Assembly: GCA_963749915.1 (NCBI GenBank)
Contig: CAVVOP010000008.1
Coordinates: 768,001 to 832,000 of the forward strand
Direction: 5' to 3'
DNA: 64,000 nucleotides
Origin: an uncultured cyanobacterium
GTDB taxonomy: Bacteria > Cyanobacteriota > Cyanobacteriia > Cyanobacteriales > Cyanobacteriaceae
Shown here: in pieces, positions 52,250-62,010 of the stretch
How positions within the stretch are numbered: position 1 is the first letter of the stretch
How the letters are laid out: each line of letters begins with the position of its first letter
Notes under the pieces: model-generated
Seen by the model: only the letters and a program-made list of their open reading frames with translations
Database searches by the model: none
Told to the model about the DNA's origin: nothing
Translations under genes and position numbers: made by a program

Positions 52250-52804
52250 ATGGCAAATCACAAAATTTTAGTTATTGATGACAGTATGGTCATTAGAAGG
52301 ACTGTAAAAGATATGTTGCCGCCGGAGAAATTTGAAGTGGTGGAAGCCAAAGACGGAGTTCAAGGCATGGAACTGATACATAATAGTAATCCTAACTTGA
52401 TTATGTTAGACTTCTTTTTACCAAAAATGAGCGGATGGGAAGTTTATCAAGAAATACAAAAAAATCCCCAATTGAAGGCGATTCCTTTACTGTTAATGTC
52501 TGGTAGAAAAGATGAAGTAACAGAGAAAATACCCGAACCATTTGAATTTTTCTCTTTCTTGGAAAAACCCTTTGATCAAAAACAGTTGATTCAAGGTATC
52601 CGCGACTCCATGGAAAAATCCAAGAAATTAGCCCAATTAACTGATAGCAGAACCACTTTAGCAAAAACTACCCAAAGCGGTACTATGAGTAATGCAGAAA
52701 TTGAACAATTACAAGCTAGAATGGCTCATTTAGAATCAGAAGTCGCAAAATTGAAAAAACAACAGGGTCAACTTATCTCTTTCATCAAGAAAAAATTACA
52801 GTAA
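52250..52804 (+). CDS. CheY-like response regulator with C-terminal coiled coil
   Basis: KILVIDDS, MLDFFLPKMSG, EKPF. True start is probably ATG at 52250 with an AAGGAG RBS, not 52151. Confidence 0.9.
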   Translation: MANHKILVIDDSMVIRRTVKDMLPPEKFEVVEAKDGVQGMELIHNSNPNLIMLDFFLPKMSGWEVYQEIQKNPQLKAIPLLLMSGRKDEVTEKIPEPFEFFSFLEKPFDQKQLIQGIRDSMEKSKKLAQLTDSRTTLAKTTQSGTMSNAEIEQLQARMAHLESEVAKLKKQQGQLISFIKKKLQ

Positions 52805-52808
52805 ATTT

Positions 52809-53012
52809 ATGTTAATTATCAACCAATTCTTTTTTCTGTTTAAGGTTTTATTTTTCTCCACTGTTATCTCTATTTTAATTAAATATGGGTTGGATAACTT
52901 GTTAATTCAAGAGGCAGTATATCTAGCCCCCGTCATTATTTTTGCCCCTGTAATTATTATATTGATTCTCCTAATAATAAGACAAAATACACAAGGTGAA
53001 ATACAAAAGTAA
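52809..53012 (+). CDS. Small two-TM membrane protein
   Basis: Two hydrophobic helices, SILIKYG motif, operon-like spacing. Confidence 0.6.
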   Translation: MLIINQFFFLFKVLFFSTVISILIKYGLDNLLIQEAVYLAPVIIFAPVIIILILLIIRQNTQGEIQK

Positions 53013-53065
53013 ATAAATAAAAAGCAGAAATAAATCAGTTATCAACTACTAACTATTAACTATTA

Positions 53066-54097
53066 ATGATGAACTTTGCTAAATGGATTAGTTTTAGTGT
53101 CGTTATAATTTGTATTTATATTCTTTGGCAAATAAGACAAATACTACTATTAGCTTTAACTGCCGTTGTTTTTGCTTTAACTTTAAATATTTTAGTCAAC
53201 AAACTAATGGATTTCGGTTTTAAAAGAATCTATGGAATTTTATTGTCCGTAGCAAGTTTATTTACCTTAATAATCCTCTTATTTTTAATATTAGTTCCTT
53301 CTCTTCTTTCTCAATTTCAAGAATTATTTACTCTCGTAACCCAAGGAATAAATAAGTTAATCTTGGAATTAAATAATATTAAATATTATCTTTCTCCGGA
53401 TTTTACCGAGTCTCTACCAGATCTTGAAGAAATTTTAATACAGTTACAGCCCATACTCACTAATTTATATAAAAAGGGTTTTAATGTTGTTTTTGGTTTT
53501 TTTGGTGTTTTGTTAAGTAGCTTATTATTACTAGCTTTAACCTTAATGATCCTCGTTGATCCCTTACCCTATAAACAGGGCTTTATTCGGTTATTTCCTA
53601 ACTTTTATCGCCCTCGAATTAATACTATTTTAAACCAAGCTCAAACTGATTTAGAAGAATGGTTAGCGGATATGTTCATTAAAATCATCAGCGTAACTAT
53701 TTTAACTTTTTTCTGTTTATTAATTCTTCGTGTACCTTTAGTATTCCCTCAAGCATTATTAGCGGGGATTTTAGCTTTTATCCCTTATATTGGCCCAAGT
53801 ATTAGTGTTATTTCTCCCATGGCCATCGCTTTTCTATATTCGCCATGGATATCTTGGTTAATCTTGATCATGTATATTGCTATTTATCAGATTACTGACA
53901 AAATAATAATACCGAAACTAAGAAAAAACAGAGTAGTTTTAATTTCAGCTAATGTAATTATCGGAGAAGTTATTTTTGCCAACTTTTTAGGCTTACTCGG
54001 ATTATTTTTAGCCTTACCACTAATAATTATCACCCAAATTTTGATCAAAGAAATTTTGATCAATGATATTTTCGATCATTGGCAAATCAAACAATGA
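53066..54097 (+). CDS. AI-2E family transporter
   Basis: ILWQIRQILLL, LAGILAFIPYIGP, FLGLLGLFLALPL. Confidence 0.88.
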   Translation: MMNFAKWISFSVVIICIYILWQIRQILLLALTAVVFALTLNILVNKLMDFGFKRIYGILLSVASLFTLIILLFLILVPSLLSQFQELFTLVTQGINKLILELNNIKYYLSPDFTESLPDLEEILIQLQPILTNLYKKGFNVVFGFFGVLLSSLLLLALTLMILVDPLPYKQGFIRLFPNFYRPRINTILNQAQTDLEEWLADMFIKIISVTILTFFCLLILRVPLVFPQALLAGILAFIPYIGPSISVISPMAIAFLYSPWISWLILIMYIAIYQITDKIIIPKLRKNRVVLISANVIIGEVIFANFLGLLGLFLALPLIIITQILIKEILINDIFDHWQIKQ

Positions 54098-54197
54098 ACA
54101 ATGAATAATTAGCAATCAGTTGTCAATTTCCTGATTATCTCTACTCACATTTAATAGAAAGTTGATACAATACGGAATAAAATAATTAAGATCGATT

Positions 54198-55874
54198 ATG
54201 GTAACAACAACGAGTTCTAAAACATTATCTTTAAAGACTTATAAGGTGATCCAAGAAATAAACTGGTCCTTATTAGTCTCCATTAGTGTTCATGGTTTAT
54301 TCTTTACCCTCATTTTGCCTCAGTGGAATCCTCGAAACAATTCTGAGATAAATCTAGGGGATACCCCAGTAGTTGAACTGAATGACATAGAACAAACTCG
54401 CTTACCAAATTTAAACCCCCGCAATTCTTTTAATTGGGATACCCTTAAGACTCTTCCTCCATCGGATAATTTATTACCTCCTCTGTCTGCCATTAATATT
54501 CCCCTTCCTCCTGTCAATAATACTGAGTTTTTTGTACCCAGTTTTGACAGTGGTACTATAACGAATTTACCTGCGCCTCCTTCTCTTCCCCCTGCTACAA
54601 ATTTGCCTCCCATTAATTACTCTTATAATGTTGACAATCTGCCTACTCCCAAGGAATTACCTGCGCCTCCTCCTCTCAACGAAAATACCATGGCGACATT
54701 ACCCCTTGCCATTAACGATGACAACCTATCTACTAACTTTATCCCCTCCACTACTGGTAAAGTGGGTGATATAGATACAGATCCTCAACGGGAAGCAGAA
54801 ATCAGACAAAAACTATTTGCTAATTCTGATGTGGAAATAATCAGTAATCCTAGAGATCTCATTAACGGTAAAATTCCTCAAACCTATACCCAAAAAGATA
54901 GTCGTGGAAATATAATCATTATTCAGCCTTCGGAAGTTCGCCCCAACTATACCAGCATCTCCTCTAAGCTACAAAAACAAGTGGAAAATACCAGTGATGA
55001 AGAGGCTCGAAAAAATTATGTAGCATGGGCTAAAGAAGTTCAAAGTATTACCCCGAAACAACTAACTTTCACAGGGATATATCCGAAAGATGCTTGTGTT
55101 GGCAAGTTAGAAGGTACTACTACCTATGGCGTGACAGTTAACCCCAGTGGCGGTGTTATAAATACTCAACTCATTAAAAGTTCCGGATATCCTTTACTCA
55201 ATGATCAAGCCTTAAAGCAGATCAGATCCCGTAATTTTGCCAATGATAGCGGTAGCAGTCAACCCTATCATGTCTATGTCAATTTCAAATATGATTCGCA
55301 AATTTGTCCTTCTCTTTCTGTCCCTAATGTCGGCGAAACTCCTGCCACCAATTCCGTTAAACCGGCGGAAGTAAATACCCCAGCGATTAACAACATACAA
55401 CGAATTATTAAGACACCTTCTGCAACTCCGAAACCAGAAACGCAAGAAAATAAACCAAGCAAGGTTTCTATACCCCAAACATCGCAACCAATTCAGTCTT
55501 TCCCTGAACCTAAGCCAGTAATACAGAAAAAAGATCCTAAAAATGTAGAGGTCGAATTACCTGCAGAAAATAAGTCAGAGTCTCTCATGAAACCTCCCGC
55601 AGAAAAATCACCTGTAGAAAATAAATCAGAGTCTCTCATAAAACCTCCCGTAGAAAAATCACCTGTAGAAAATAAATCGGAGTCTCTCATAAAAACTCCC
55701 GTGGGAACATTACCTGTAGAAAATAAGTCGGAGTCTCTTATAAAACCAACCATAGAAAAATTACCTCAAGAGGTCAAACAGTCACCCATAACTCCAGCCA
55801 TTAAAAAACCTTCCACAGTCACAGAATCTAAACCTTTTCCTTCTACTCCTACAAAAATTGAAGTTTCGGAATAA
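54198..55874 (+). CDS. TonB C-terminal domain-containing Pro-rich protein
   Basis: SISVHG TM anchor, Pro-rich linker, YPKDAC..KLEG..VTVNPSG..IKSSGYPLLNDQA. Confidence 0.8.
   Translation: MVTTTSSKTLSLKTYKVIQEINWSLLVSISVHGLFFTLILPQWNPRNNSEINLGDTPVVELNDIEQTRLPNLNPRNSFNWDTLKTLPPSDNLLPPLSAINIPLPPVNNTEFFVPSFDSGTITNLPAPPSLPPATNLPPINYSYNVDNLPTPKELPAPPPLNENTMATLPLAINDDNLSTNFIPSTTGKVGDIDTDPQREAEIRQKLFANSDVEIISNPRDLINGKIPQTYTQKDSRGNIIIIQPSEVRPNYTSISSKLQKQVENTSDEEARKNYVAWAKEVQSITPKQLTFTGIYPKDACVGKLEGTTTYGVTVNPSGGVINTQLIKSSGYPLLNDQALKQIRSRNFANDSGSSQPYHVYVNFKYDSQICPSLSVPNVGETPATNSVKPAEVNTPAINNIQRIIKTPSATPKPETQENKPSKVSIPQTSQPIQSFPEPKPVIQKKDPKNVEVELPAENKSESLMKPPAEKSPVENKSESLIKPPVEKSPVENKSESLIKTPVGTLPVENKSESLIKPTIEKLPQEVKQSPITPAIKKPSTVTESKPFPSTPTKIEVSE
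55560..55763 (+). repeat. Four in-frame 51-bp tandem repeats
   Basis: PAENKSESLMKPPAEKS / PVENKSESLIKPPVEKS / PVENKSESLIKTPVGTL / PVENKSESLIKPTIEKL. Confidence 0.9.
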
Positions 55875-56029
55875 TGTTTAGAATCATGTAAGTTATAACA
55901 AAAGCTGTGATTCTTATAATTAACAATTAATTTAAATAAGTGTAAATAAAACTATTTCTTTTTTCATGGAAAAACTTTTAAAAAAATTACTAAATATAAA
56001 AATGGATTAAATTCAAAGAAAATTTAATT

Positions 56030-56389
56030 ATGGATCAAATTAATGAGCAAAGAGCTTTCCGTCGTGTTCTTGCAGTGTGTAGAGTTTTAGATTCTGAGGG
56101 AAAATTTCTCGGTTTTACCCTTGATCTAAACACTAACAGTATACACGTAATTATTAATAAAGATTTTCCTTCTGAATCGCCCTTTAAGATTATTTTGAAT
56201 CAGATAAAGGAAAATGAAATTATAAGTTCAAATATAAGAGTTAAAATACAGCAAATGTGGCGATCGTCTACCAGTGAAGAATTTGACCAAATTGGAGGAA
56301 AAATTATCGAGGTAGATTACCCTGAAAAGTTAGAAAATTTAGTGCGTTATTGTGATCAAAAAGCAAAAGAAAGGTATAAAAATTATTAG
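56030..56389 (+). CDS. PilZ-domain-like protein
   Basis: QRAFRR (RxxxR-like), FLGFTLDL, and a W..S...QIGG beta-barrel pattern. Confidence 0.65.
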   Translation: MDQINEQRAFRRVLAVCRVLDSEGKFLGFTLDLNTNSIHVIINKDFPSESPFKIILNQIKENEIISSNIRVKIQQMWRSSTSEEFDQIGGKIIEVDYPEKLENLVRYCDQKAKERYKNY

Positions 56390-56538
56390 ACCTCTCGCAA
56401 ATTGCAAAAGTCAAAAAATCTGGTCGTCAGAGAAGTCAGGAGTCAGAAAGGCTTTTCCAATCCAAAATCCAAAATCCAAAATTCAAAATCCAAAATCCAA
56501 AATCACCTAACCGAGAAATCTATTTTTGCAAGAGGTCT
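56388..56538. mobile_element. MITE with AGACCTCT(C/T)GCAAA TIRs containing six TCCAAAA heptamers
   Basis: TAGACCTCTCGCAAA (56387) and TTTGCAAGAGGTCTA (56525-56539), 1 mismatch. Flanking ATT (or TA) duplication. Heptamers at 56461-56502. Confidence 0.85.
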
Positions 56539-56654
56539 ATTAGTTGAAACAGGGAACAAGGAACAGCAAATGGGAAACAGAGAAGTACAAAATCCATAAG
56601 TTATTAAGCCATATTTTTTTACAGCTATTCCGGAAAAATCATCTTAATTAACTG

Positions 56655-57974
56655 TTAATTGTTGATTGTTAATTCTAGCCTTTGTTGAGATTCTTCTAAA
56701 GCCTCTTTCGGTGTTTTTTCTCCTAATAAAGAAGATTCGATCGCTCGTCCTAAATTTTCGGAAATAGCAGGATAATCTGCAATAATGGGACGGGATTTTG
56801 CCACTTTCATCTGATTTAAAAATACCTTAATAACGGGATTTGTTTGGATAAATTCTTGATACTCTGAACTCTGCTGAGCTTTAATATTAATAGGTAAATA
56901 GCCCGTTTTTAATGCCCATTCTGTTTGAAATTCTTCACTTAAAACAAACTCTAAAAACTTAAGAGTAGCTTCTTCCCGTTGAGGATTAGTCTTGAAAACA
57001 AATAAATTTTCTCCTCCCAAAACTGCTGCACTTTGATCAATAATAGGTATAGGAAAAACAGAATAATCGATGGCTGATTCTTTTAATTGTGCTAGAGTCC
57101 AAGGACCAGTAATTTGCATAGCAACTTTACTATTAATAAAATTATCTAACTCATAACCTCGATCCGGTGCGGATAAAATGGCAATATTTTCTTTTACTAA
57201 TTCAACCCCTAATTGTAAGGCTTTTTCTGTACCTTCACTCACTAAATTAGGCTGATTATTTTGGATAATTTGACCATTGGCACTGAAAATAAAAGGCAAC
57301 CAAACAAAGACAGTAAATTCTCCTTTTCCTGATGATAATAAAACACCATTTTGATCGATTCTACCATCATTATTAGTGTCGATAGTCAATTTTTTTGCCA
57401 CTTGTGCAAACTCATTCCATGTTTTCGGAGTATCTGTAATTCCTGCTTTTTCAAATAAACTAGGACGATAAAACATCGCCGCATTATTAGTAGCAAAAGG
57501 CACAGACCAAATATTATTATCTAACTCCATTGTTGCCAACATTGCTGGATCAATTTCTACTTTTATTTCTGAATTATTCCACCAATCTTGTAGAGGTTTA
57601 AGGGCCTGTAATTCTACTAATTTTCCCGTTAATTGCGGCACATACCAAAGCAAATCAGGGGGTTGATTCCCGGCGATGGCAGCGATAATTTTCGGTAACT
57701 GTTCATCGGGTTGACCAACATATAAAGCCTCTACTTGAATAGTGGGATTTTTTTCATTAAACTTAGCTAATAACTTGTTAAAAATTTCTCTATTTTCAGG
57801 GGGGTTAATACCGTGCCAAAAAGTAATTTTAGTAACGGTATTATTGTTTGATAATTCAGAATTTAAACTATTATTTTGACAACCACTAATAAAAAATAAG
57901 CTAAAAACGCAAATCAAACTAATAGATTTAACTAAAAAATGACGACGAGAAAAGAAAACTTTGGCAAAAAACAT
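56655..57974 (-). CDS. Carbohydrate ABC transporter substrate-binding lipoprotein
   Basis: Lipobox ISGC, ITFWHG, PPDL, PKTWNEF, AMQITGPW, GGENL, TGYLP. Confidence 0.88.
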   Translation of the reverse strand: MFFAKVFFSRRHFLVKSISLICVFSLFFISGCQNNSLNSELSNNNTVTKITFWHGINPPENREIFNKLLAKFNEKNPTIQVEALYVGQPDEQLPKIIAAIAGNQPPDLLWYVPQLTGKLVELQALKPLQDWWNNSEIKVEIDPAMLATMELDNNIWSVPFATNNAAMFYRPSLFEKAGITDTPKTWNEFAQVAKKLTIDTNNDGRIDQNGVLLSSGKGEFTVFVWLPFIFSANGQIIQNNQPNLVSEGTEKALQLGVELVKENIAILSAPDRGYELDNFINSKVAMQITGPWTLAQLKESAIDYSVFPIPIIDQSAAVLGGENLFVFKTNPQREEATLKFLEFVLSEEFQTEWALKTGYLPINIKAQQSSEYQEFIQTNPVIKVFLNQMKVAKSRPIIADYPAISENLGRAIESSLLGEKTPKEALEESQQRLELTINN

Positions 57975-58296
57975 AATTAACAATTTTTTTTAATGATTAT
58001 ATTTTATAGAAATAATATGCCCATAGCCACATTTGATGAGATTCAAGAAAAATAGCGATCAAAGATGAGGATTTTTCATTTATACGGTGAAAGCTGATAT
58101 ACCCATTATAAGGCTTATGAATGAAAAGATTTAATTTTAGTAGTGCGATCGCTTTAATTTTAATATCATCAAAGTCAACCCCAAACCTTAAACTTTGAGC
58201 TTAAATTATTAACCTTAAAAGAAGGGATTTTTTGTACGGTTTAGCTGGTTTATCAGGAAGTATAATTGCAAGTCAATGGCCTTTTGAATCCCTAAA

Positions 58297-58797
58297 ATCT
58301 ACGGCACCGGAGGAATTAATAACGGTATTTTTCAAGGTGATTTAGTGGTAGAATCTGACGGAGATCCTTTATTTGTCTGGCAAGAAGCGATCGTTTTAGG
58401 TAGTAAATTACAACAATTAGGGATTAATAAAATAGAAGGTAACTTAATCCTTGTGGGTAATTGGCAGATGAATTACAAAGATAAGCCTTTATCTCCAAAT
58501 ATACAAATAGAAGGCACAGTTAAAAAAAGCGATCGCATTAAATCTGAACTTTTCCATCTACTGAATGTACCCAGAGAAGAAATATTATTACATAATGGGT
58601 CAGATTTAGGAGTTGATAACCGTATCTCTCCTCGTGGGGCTTGTCGAATGTTTATGGCTTTAGAAACCCAATTAGAAGGCAGTAATATTAATATCGGTGA
58701 CTTATTTCCCGTAGCAGGTGTGGATAAAAAAGGTACAGTGGAATATCGCAACATACCCTATGATATTCCTCTAAAAACGATTTCTTCTCAATTTTAA
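58297..58797 (+). pseudogene. Internally deleted D-Ala-D-Ala carboxypeptidase (peptidase S13) paralog
   Basis: IYGTGGINNGIFQGDLVVESDGDPLFVWQEAI..GNWQMNY aligns to the gene at 63435. It lacks the SxxK region, lacks SNN, and breaks at KT(G). Confidence 0.85.
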
Positions 58798-58801
58798 CTA
58801 T

Positions 58802-58860
58802 TTTAAAGCAAAATTAAAGATAACTTAAACTAAATTTAAACTAAATTTAAACTAAATTTA
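58802..58860 (+). promoter_or_regulatory. Pho box array (SphR/PhoB sites) upstream of pstS
   Basis: 11-bp periodic repeats TTTAAAGC, ATTAAAGA, CTTAAACT, TTTAAACT, TTTAAACT at 58802, 58813, 58824, 58835, 58846, resembling PyTTAAPyPy(T/A); -10 TACACT at 58873. Confidence 0.8.
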
Positions 58861-59026
58861 TTTTTTTCGGGATACACTTAGCCGATGACAAACAAAAAAA
58901 TTATCGAAAAGATTGTTGTTAATAAAGAATCAAGAAAGCTTAAATTAAAATTTACTAAATGTTAACAATACCTGGAGATAATAACTAATTATTTGTCAAG
59001 CAAAAAGATAGTTTAAGGAAATAAAG

Positions 59027-60013
59027 ATGATTACTAACAAGTGGAAAGTAGGCGGAACATTGGCGGCGTTAGCAACTGCTATAGCCTTGGGTGTACCCGC
59101 AGTACAATCTCAAAGTACTCCCCTAATCAAAATTGACGGTTCAAGTACAGTTTTCCCCATTACTGAAGCAGTGGCTGAAGAGTTTCAGGCCATGAAAAAA
59201 GGTGCTGTTAGAGTTACCGTTGGTATTTCTGGTACAGGTGGCGGTTTTGAAAAATTCTGTAGCAATAATGCTTCAGTTAGAACTGATATTTCTGACGCTT
59301 CTCGGCCTATTAAACAAGAAGAAATGGACGCTTGTAAAGCATCAGGAGTAGAATTTATTGAGTTACCCATAGCCTATGATGCGCTTACCGTTGTGGTCAA
59401 TAAAGCCAATACTAAAGTCAATCAATTAACGGTGGCTGAATTACAGAAAATGTGGTCAAAAAATTCCCAAAATAGTGGAATTAAAAATTGGAATCAAATT
59501 AATTCTAGTTTCCCGGCCACAGCCTTTAAACTTTATGGACCTGGTTTAGATTCCGGTACTTATGATTATTTCAAAGAAGTTATTATCGGCAAAGATAACG
59601 ACATTAGAAATGATTTTACCCCCAGTGAGGATGATAACGTTTTAGTGCAAGGGGTGGCCAGAGAAGCTAATGGTCTTGGTTATTTTGGTTTTGCCTATTA
59701 TGAGGAAAATCAGGATAAATTAAAGGCTGTGGCCATTGTTAATCCTAAGACTGGAAAGGCTGTTTTACCTTCTGCGGCCCATGTTAATGATGGCAGCTAT
59801 GCACCATTATCCCGTCCCATTTACATCTATGTTAATAAAGCTTCTGCTAACAAGGCTGAGGTTAAAGATTTTGTCGATTTTTATCTAAAAAATGCAGCTA
59901 AATTATCCGCAGAAGTTGGTTATGTTGCTTTACCAGCGGCTGATTATACTAAAGCTCAGACACGTTTTGCTAATGGTCAAGTGGGAAGAGTTCCTTTAAG
60001 AGCCGGATTATAA
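59027..60013 (+). CDS. pstS: Phosphate ABC transporter substrate-binding protein
   Basis: [40 protein letters not shown]. Confidence 0.93.
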   Translation: MITNKWKVGGTLAALATAIALGVPAVQSQSTPLIKIDGSSTVFPITEAVAEEFQAMKKGAVRVTVGISGTGGGFEKFCSNNASVRTDISDASRPIKQEEMDACKASGVEFIELPIAYDALTVVVNKANTKVNQLTVAELQKMWSKNSQNSGIKNWNQINSSFPATAFKLYGPGLDSGTYDYFKEVIIGKDNDIRNDFTPSEDDNVLVQGVAREANGLGYFGFAYYEENQDKLKAVAIVNPKTGKAVLPSAAHVNDGSYAPLSRPIYIYVNKASANKAEVKDFVDFYLKNAAKLSAEVGYVALPAADYTKAQTRFANGQVGRVPLRAGL

Positions 60014-60024
60014 AATATACTGCT

Positions 60025-60065
60025 ATTTAGAAATCGAGGGTCTGAGGGATTTTCGATTTCTAAAT
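60025..60065 (+). other. Intercistronic stem-loop between pstS and pstC
   Basis: 13-bp perfect stem ATTTAGAAATCGA / TCGATTTCTAAAT. Confidence 0.7.
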
Positions 60066-60143
60066 TTTTCAGTGTTTCTGTTGAATGATTTCTTGCGGGT
60101 TTATATTTATCTTTCCTTATGTTTTGTTTGCCATAAAAAAATA

Positions 60144-61073
60144 ATGACTCAACGACAATTATCTTTGGTTTCAAGTAAAAAATTATCTCCTAAATTAATT
60201 CGTAATCTCAAGGAAAAGGCGATCGAAATATTATTATTTCTGGCCGCTTGTTCTTCAGTTGCCACCACCGTGGCAATTATGTTTCTTCTGATCGAAGAAT
60301 CTTGGTTACTTTTTCAGCAAGTATCTATTTTTGAGTTTTTAACTGCTACTGAATGGAGTCCTTTGTTTGCTGAACCCCGTTATGGCATTCTCCCTTTATT
60401 GTCGGGAACTATTGTTACTTCGGCGATCGCCCTTTTTGTTGCTATTCCTTTAGGTACAATTGCTGCCATCTATTTGAGTGAATTTGCTGAATCAAAAGTC
60501 AGAGAAGTAGTCAAACCTTTGTTGGAATTATTAGCCGCTATTCCTACAGTAGTTTACGGTTATTTTGCCCTTTTATTTGTCACACCCTTCCTCCAACAAA
60601 TCTTCCCAACTTTACCCGGTTTTAATATGTTAAGTGCTGGGTTAGTGATGGGTTTAATGATTACTCCTTTTGTAAGTTCCCTCAGTGAAGATGCGATGCG
60701 GGCTGTACCTATTTCTTTGAGAGAAGGTTCTACAGCCATGGGAGCGACTAAATTGCAAACAGCCTTAAAGGTGGTGTTCCCTTCGGCCATATCAGGTATT
60801 AGCTCCTCCTATATTTTAGGGGCTTCTCGGGCGGTGGGAGAAACGATGATTGTGGCGATCGCCGCTGGCTTACAACCCAACTTCACTTTCAATCCCTTTA
60901 GTCAGGGTGCAACCATTACCGCCTATATTGTGCAAGTTAGTCTCGGAGATGTTCCCAGAGGTACGATTGAATATGAAACCATTTTTGCGGCGGGTTTAAC
61001 CCTCGTGTTAATGACCCTAGTTCTGAACGTCATTGGGTATTACCTCGCTAAACGTTACCGAGAAATTTATTAA
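60144..61073 (+). CDS. pstC: Phosphate ABC transporter permease PstC
   Basis: [33 protein letters not shown] at 60144 preferred. Confidence 0.95.
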   Translation: MTQRQLSLVSSKKLSPKLIRNLKEKAIEILLFLAACSSVATTVAIMFLLIEESWLLFQQVSIFEFLTATEWSPLFAEPRYGILPLLSGTIVTSAIALFVAIPLGTIAAIYLSEFAESKVREVVKPLLELLAAIPTVVYGYFALLFVTPFLQQIFPTLPGFNMLSAGLVMGLMITPFVSSLSEDAMRAVPISLREGSTAMGATKLQTALKVVFPSAISGISSSYILGASRAVGETMIVAIAAGLQPNFTFNPFSQGATITAYIVQVSLGDVPRGTIEYETIFAAGLTLVLMTLVLNVIGYYLAKRYREIY

Positions 61074-61077
61074 AAAA

Positions 61078-62010
61078 ATGTCAAATGTAGCCATCACAAA
61101 TTTAGCAGAAATTAGAAGTAACATCAAACGTCGTCAACTGTTCAGTCAGATATTTTCCATTGTTGGTTTGGTGGTTATTTTAGTAGCCATTTTAATTTTA
61201 CTGGCACTGACTTTAAGAATGTTTCTTGACGGCGTACACCGTTTAACCCCTGCTTTTTTTATCAGTTTTCCCAGTCGTAGGCCAGAAAATGCGGGAATTT
61301 TGTCAGCCTGGGTAGGTACAAGTTTAGTCATGTTAGTAACTGCCTTTGCCGCCGTACCCGTGGGAGTAGCCGCAGGAATCTATCTCGAAGAATATGCTCG
61401 CAAAAATCTCATCTCTGAAATTATTGAAATTAATGTCACTAATTTAGCGGGTGTACCCTCAATTATCTATGGGCTTTTAGCTCTAGGATTTTTTGTCTAT
61501 CAATTTTCCCTCGGTCAAAGTATTTTAACTGCAGGGTTGACCTTAGCTTTGTTAATTCTCCCGGTGGTAATTGTGACCACGAGGGAGTCCATTCGGGCTA
61601 TTCCCAATAGTCTCCGGGAGGCCGCCTATGCGGTGGGGGCGACGAAATGGCAAGTAATTCAAGACCATATTCTCCCCTACTCCTTTGGTAGTATTTTGAC
61701 GGGAATTATCATTGGCTTATCAAGGGCAATCGGCGAAACTGCCCCAGTAATTACCATTGGGGCTTTAACTTTTATTGCCTTTTTACCTGACTCTCCCATC
61801 AAATCAGAATTTCCCTTGATCTCCTTTGAATGGCTTAAAGCACCATTTACCGTTATGCCTATTCAAATGTTTAATTGGATATCTCGCCCGCAAGTTGAGT
61901 TTCATGCCAATGCAGCGGCTACTGGTGCAGTTTTGATTTTTATGACCTTGGGCATGAATGCCCTCGCTATTTATTTACGTTATAATTTGCGCAAAGGAAT
62001 CAAATGGTAG
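61078..62010 (+). CDS. pstA: Phosphate ABC transporter permease PstA
   Basis: [30 protein letters not shown] at 61078 preferred. Confidence 0.95.
   Translation: MSNVAITNLAEIRSNIKRRQLFSQIFSIVGLVVILVAILILLALTLRMFLDGVHRLTPAFFISFPSRRPENAGILSAWVGTSLVMLVTAFAAVPVGVAAGIYLEEYARKNLISEIIEINVTNLAGVPSIIYGLLALGFFVYQFSLGQSILTAGLTLALLILPVVIVTTRESIRAIPNSLREAAYAVGATKWQVIQDHILPYSFGSILTGIIIGLSRAIGETAPVITIGALTFIAFLPDSPIKSEFPLISFEWLKAPFTVMPIQMFNWISRPQVEFHANAAATGAVLIFMTLGMNALAIYLRYNLRKGIKW

Noticed and set aside
55560..55763. Tandem repeats as a CRISPR array
   Set aside because: They are contiguous in-frame coding repeats without unique spacers.
56402..56599. 65-aa ORF (NPKSKIQN repeats)
   Set aside because: It is a translation of the MITE and its heptamer repeats.
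58345..58797. 150-aa ORF as a functional carboxypeptidase
   Set aside because: It lacks the SxxK, SxN and complete KTG motifs, so it is treated as a pseudogene.
1718..61331. Many 60-130 aa ORFs antisense or out of frame within long genes (e.g. 1718, 4057, 7563, 14846, 32320, 40697, 44577, 50025, 55212, 60560)
   Set aside because: They are shadow ORFs of well-supported genes, with no recognisable motifs.
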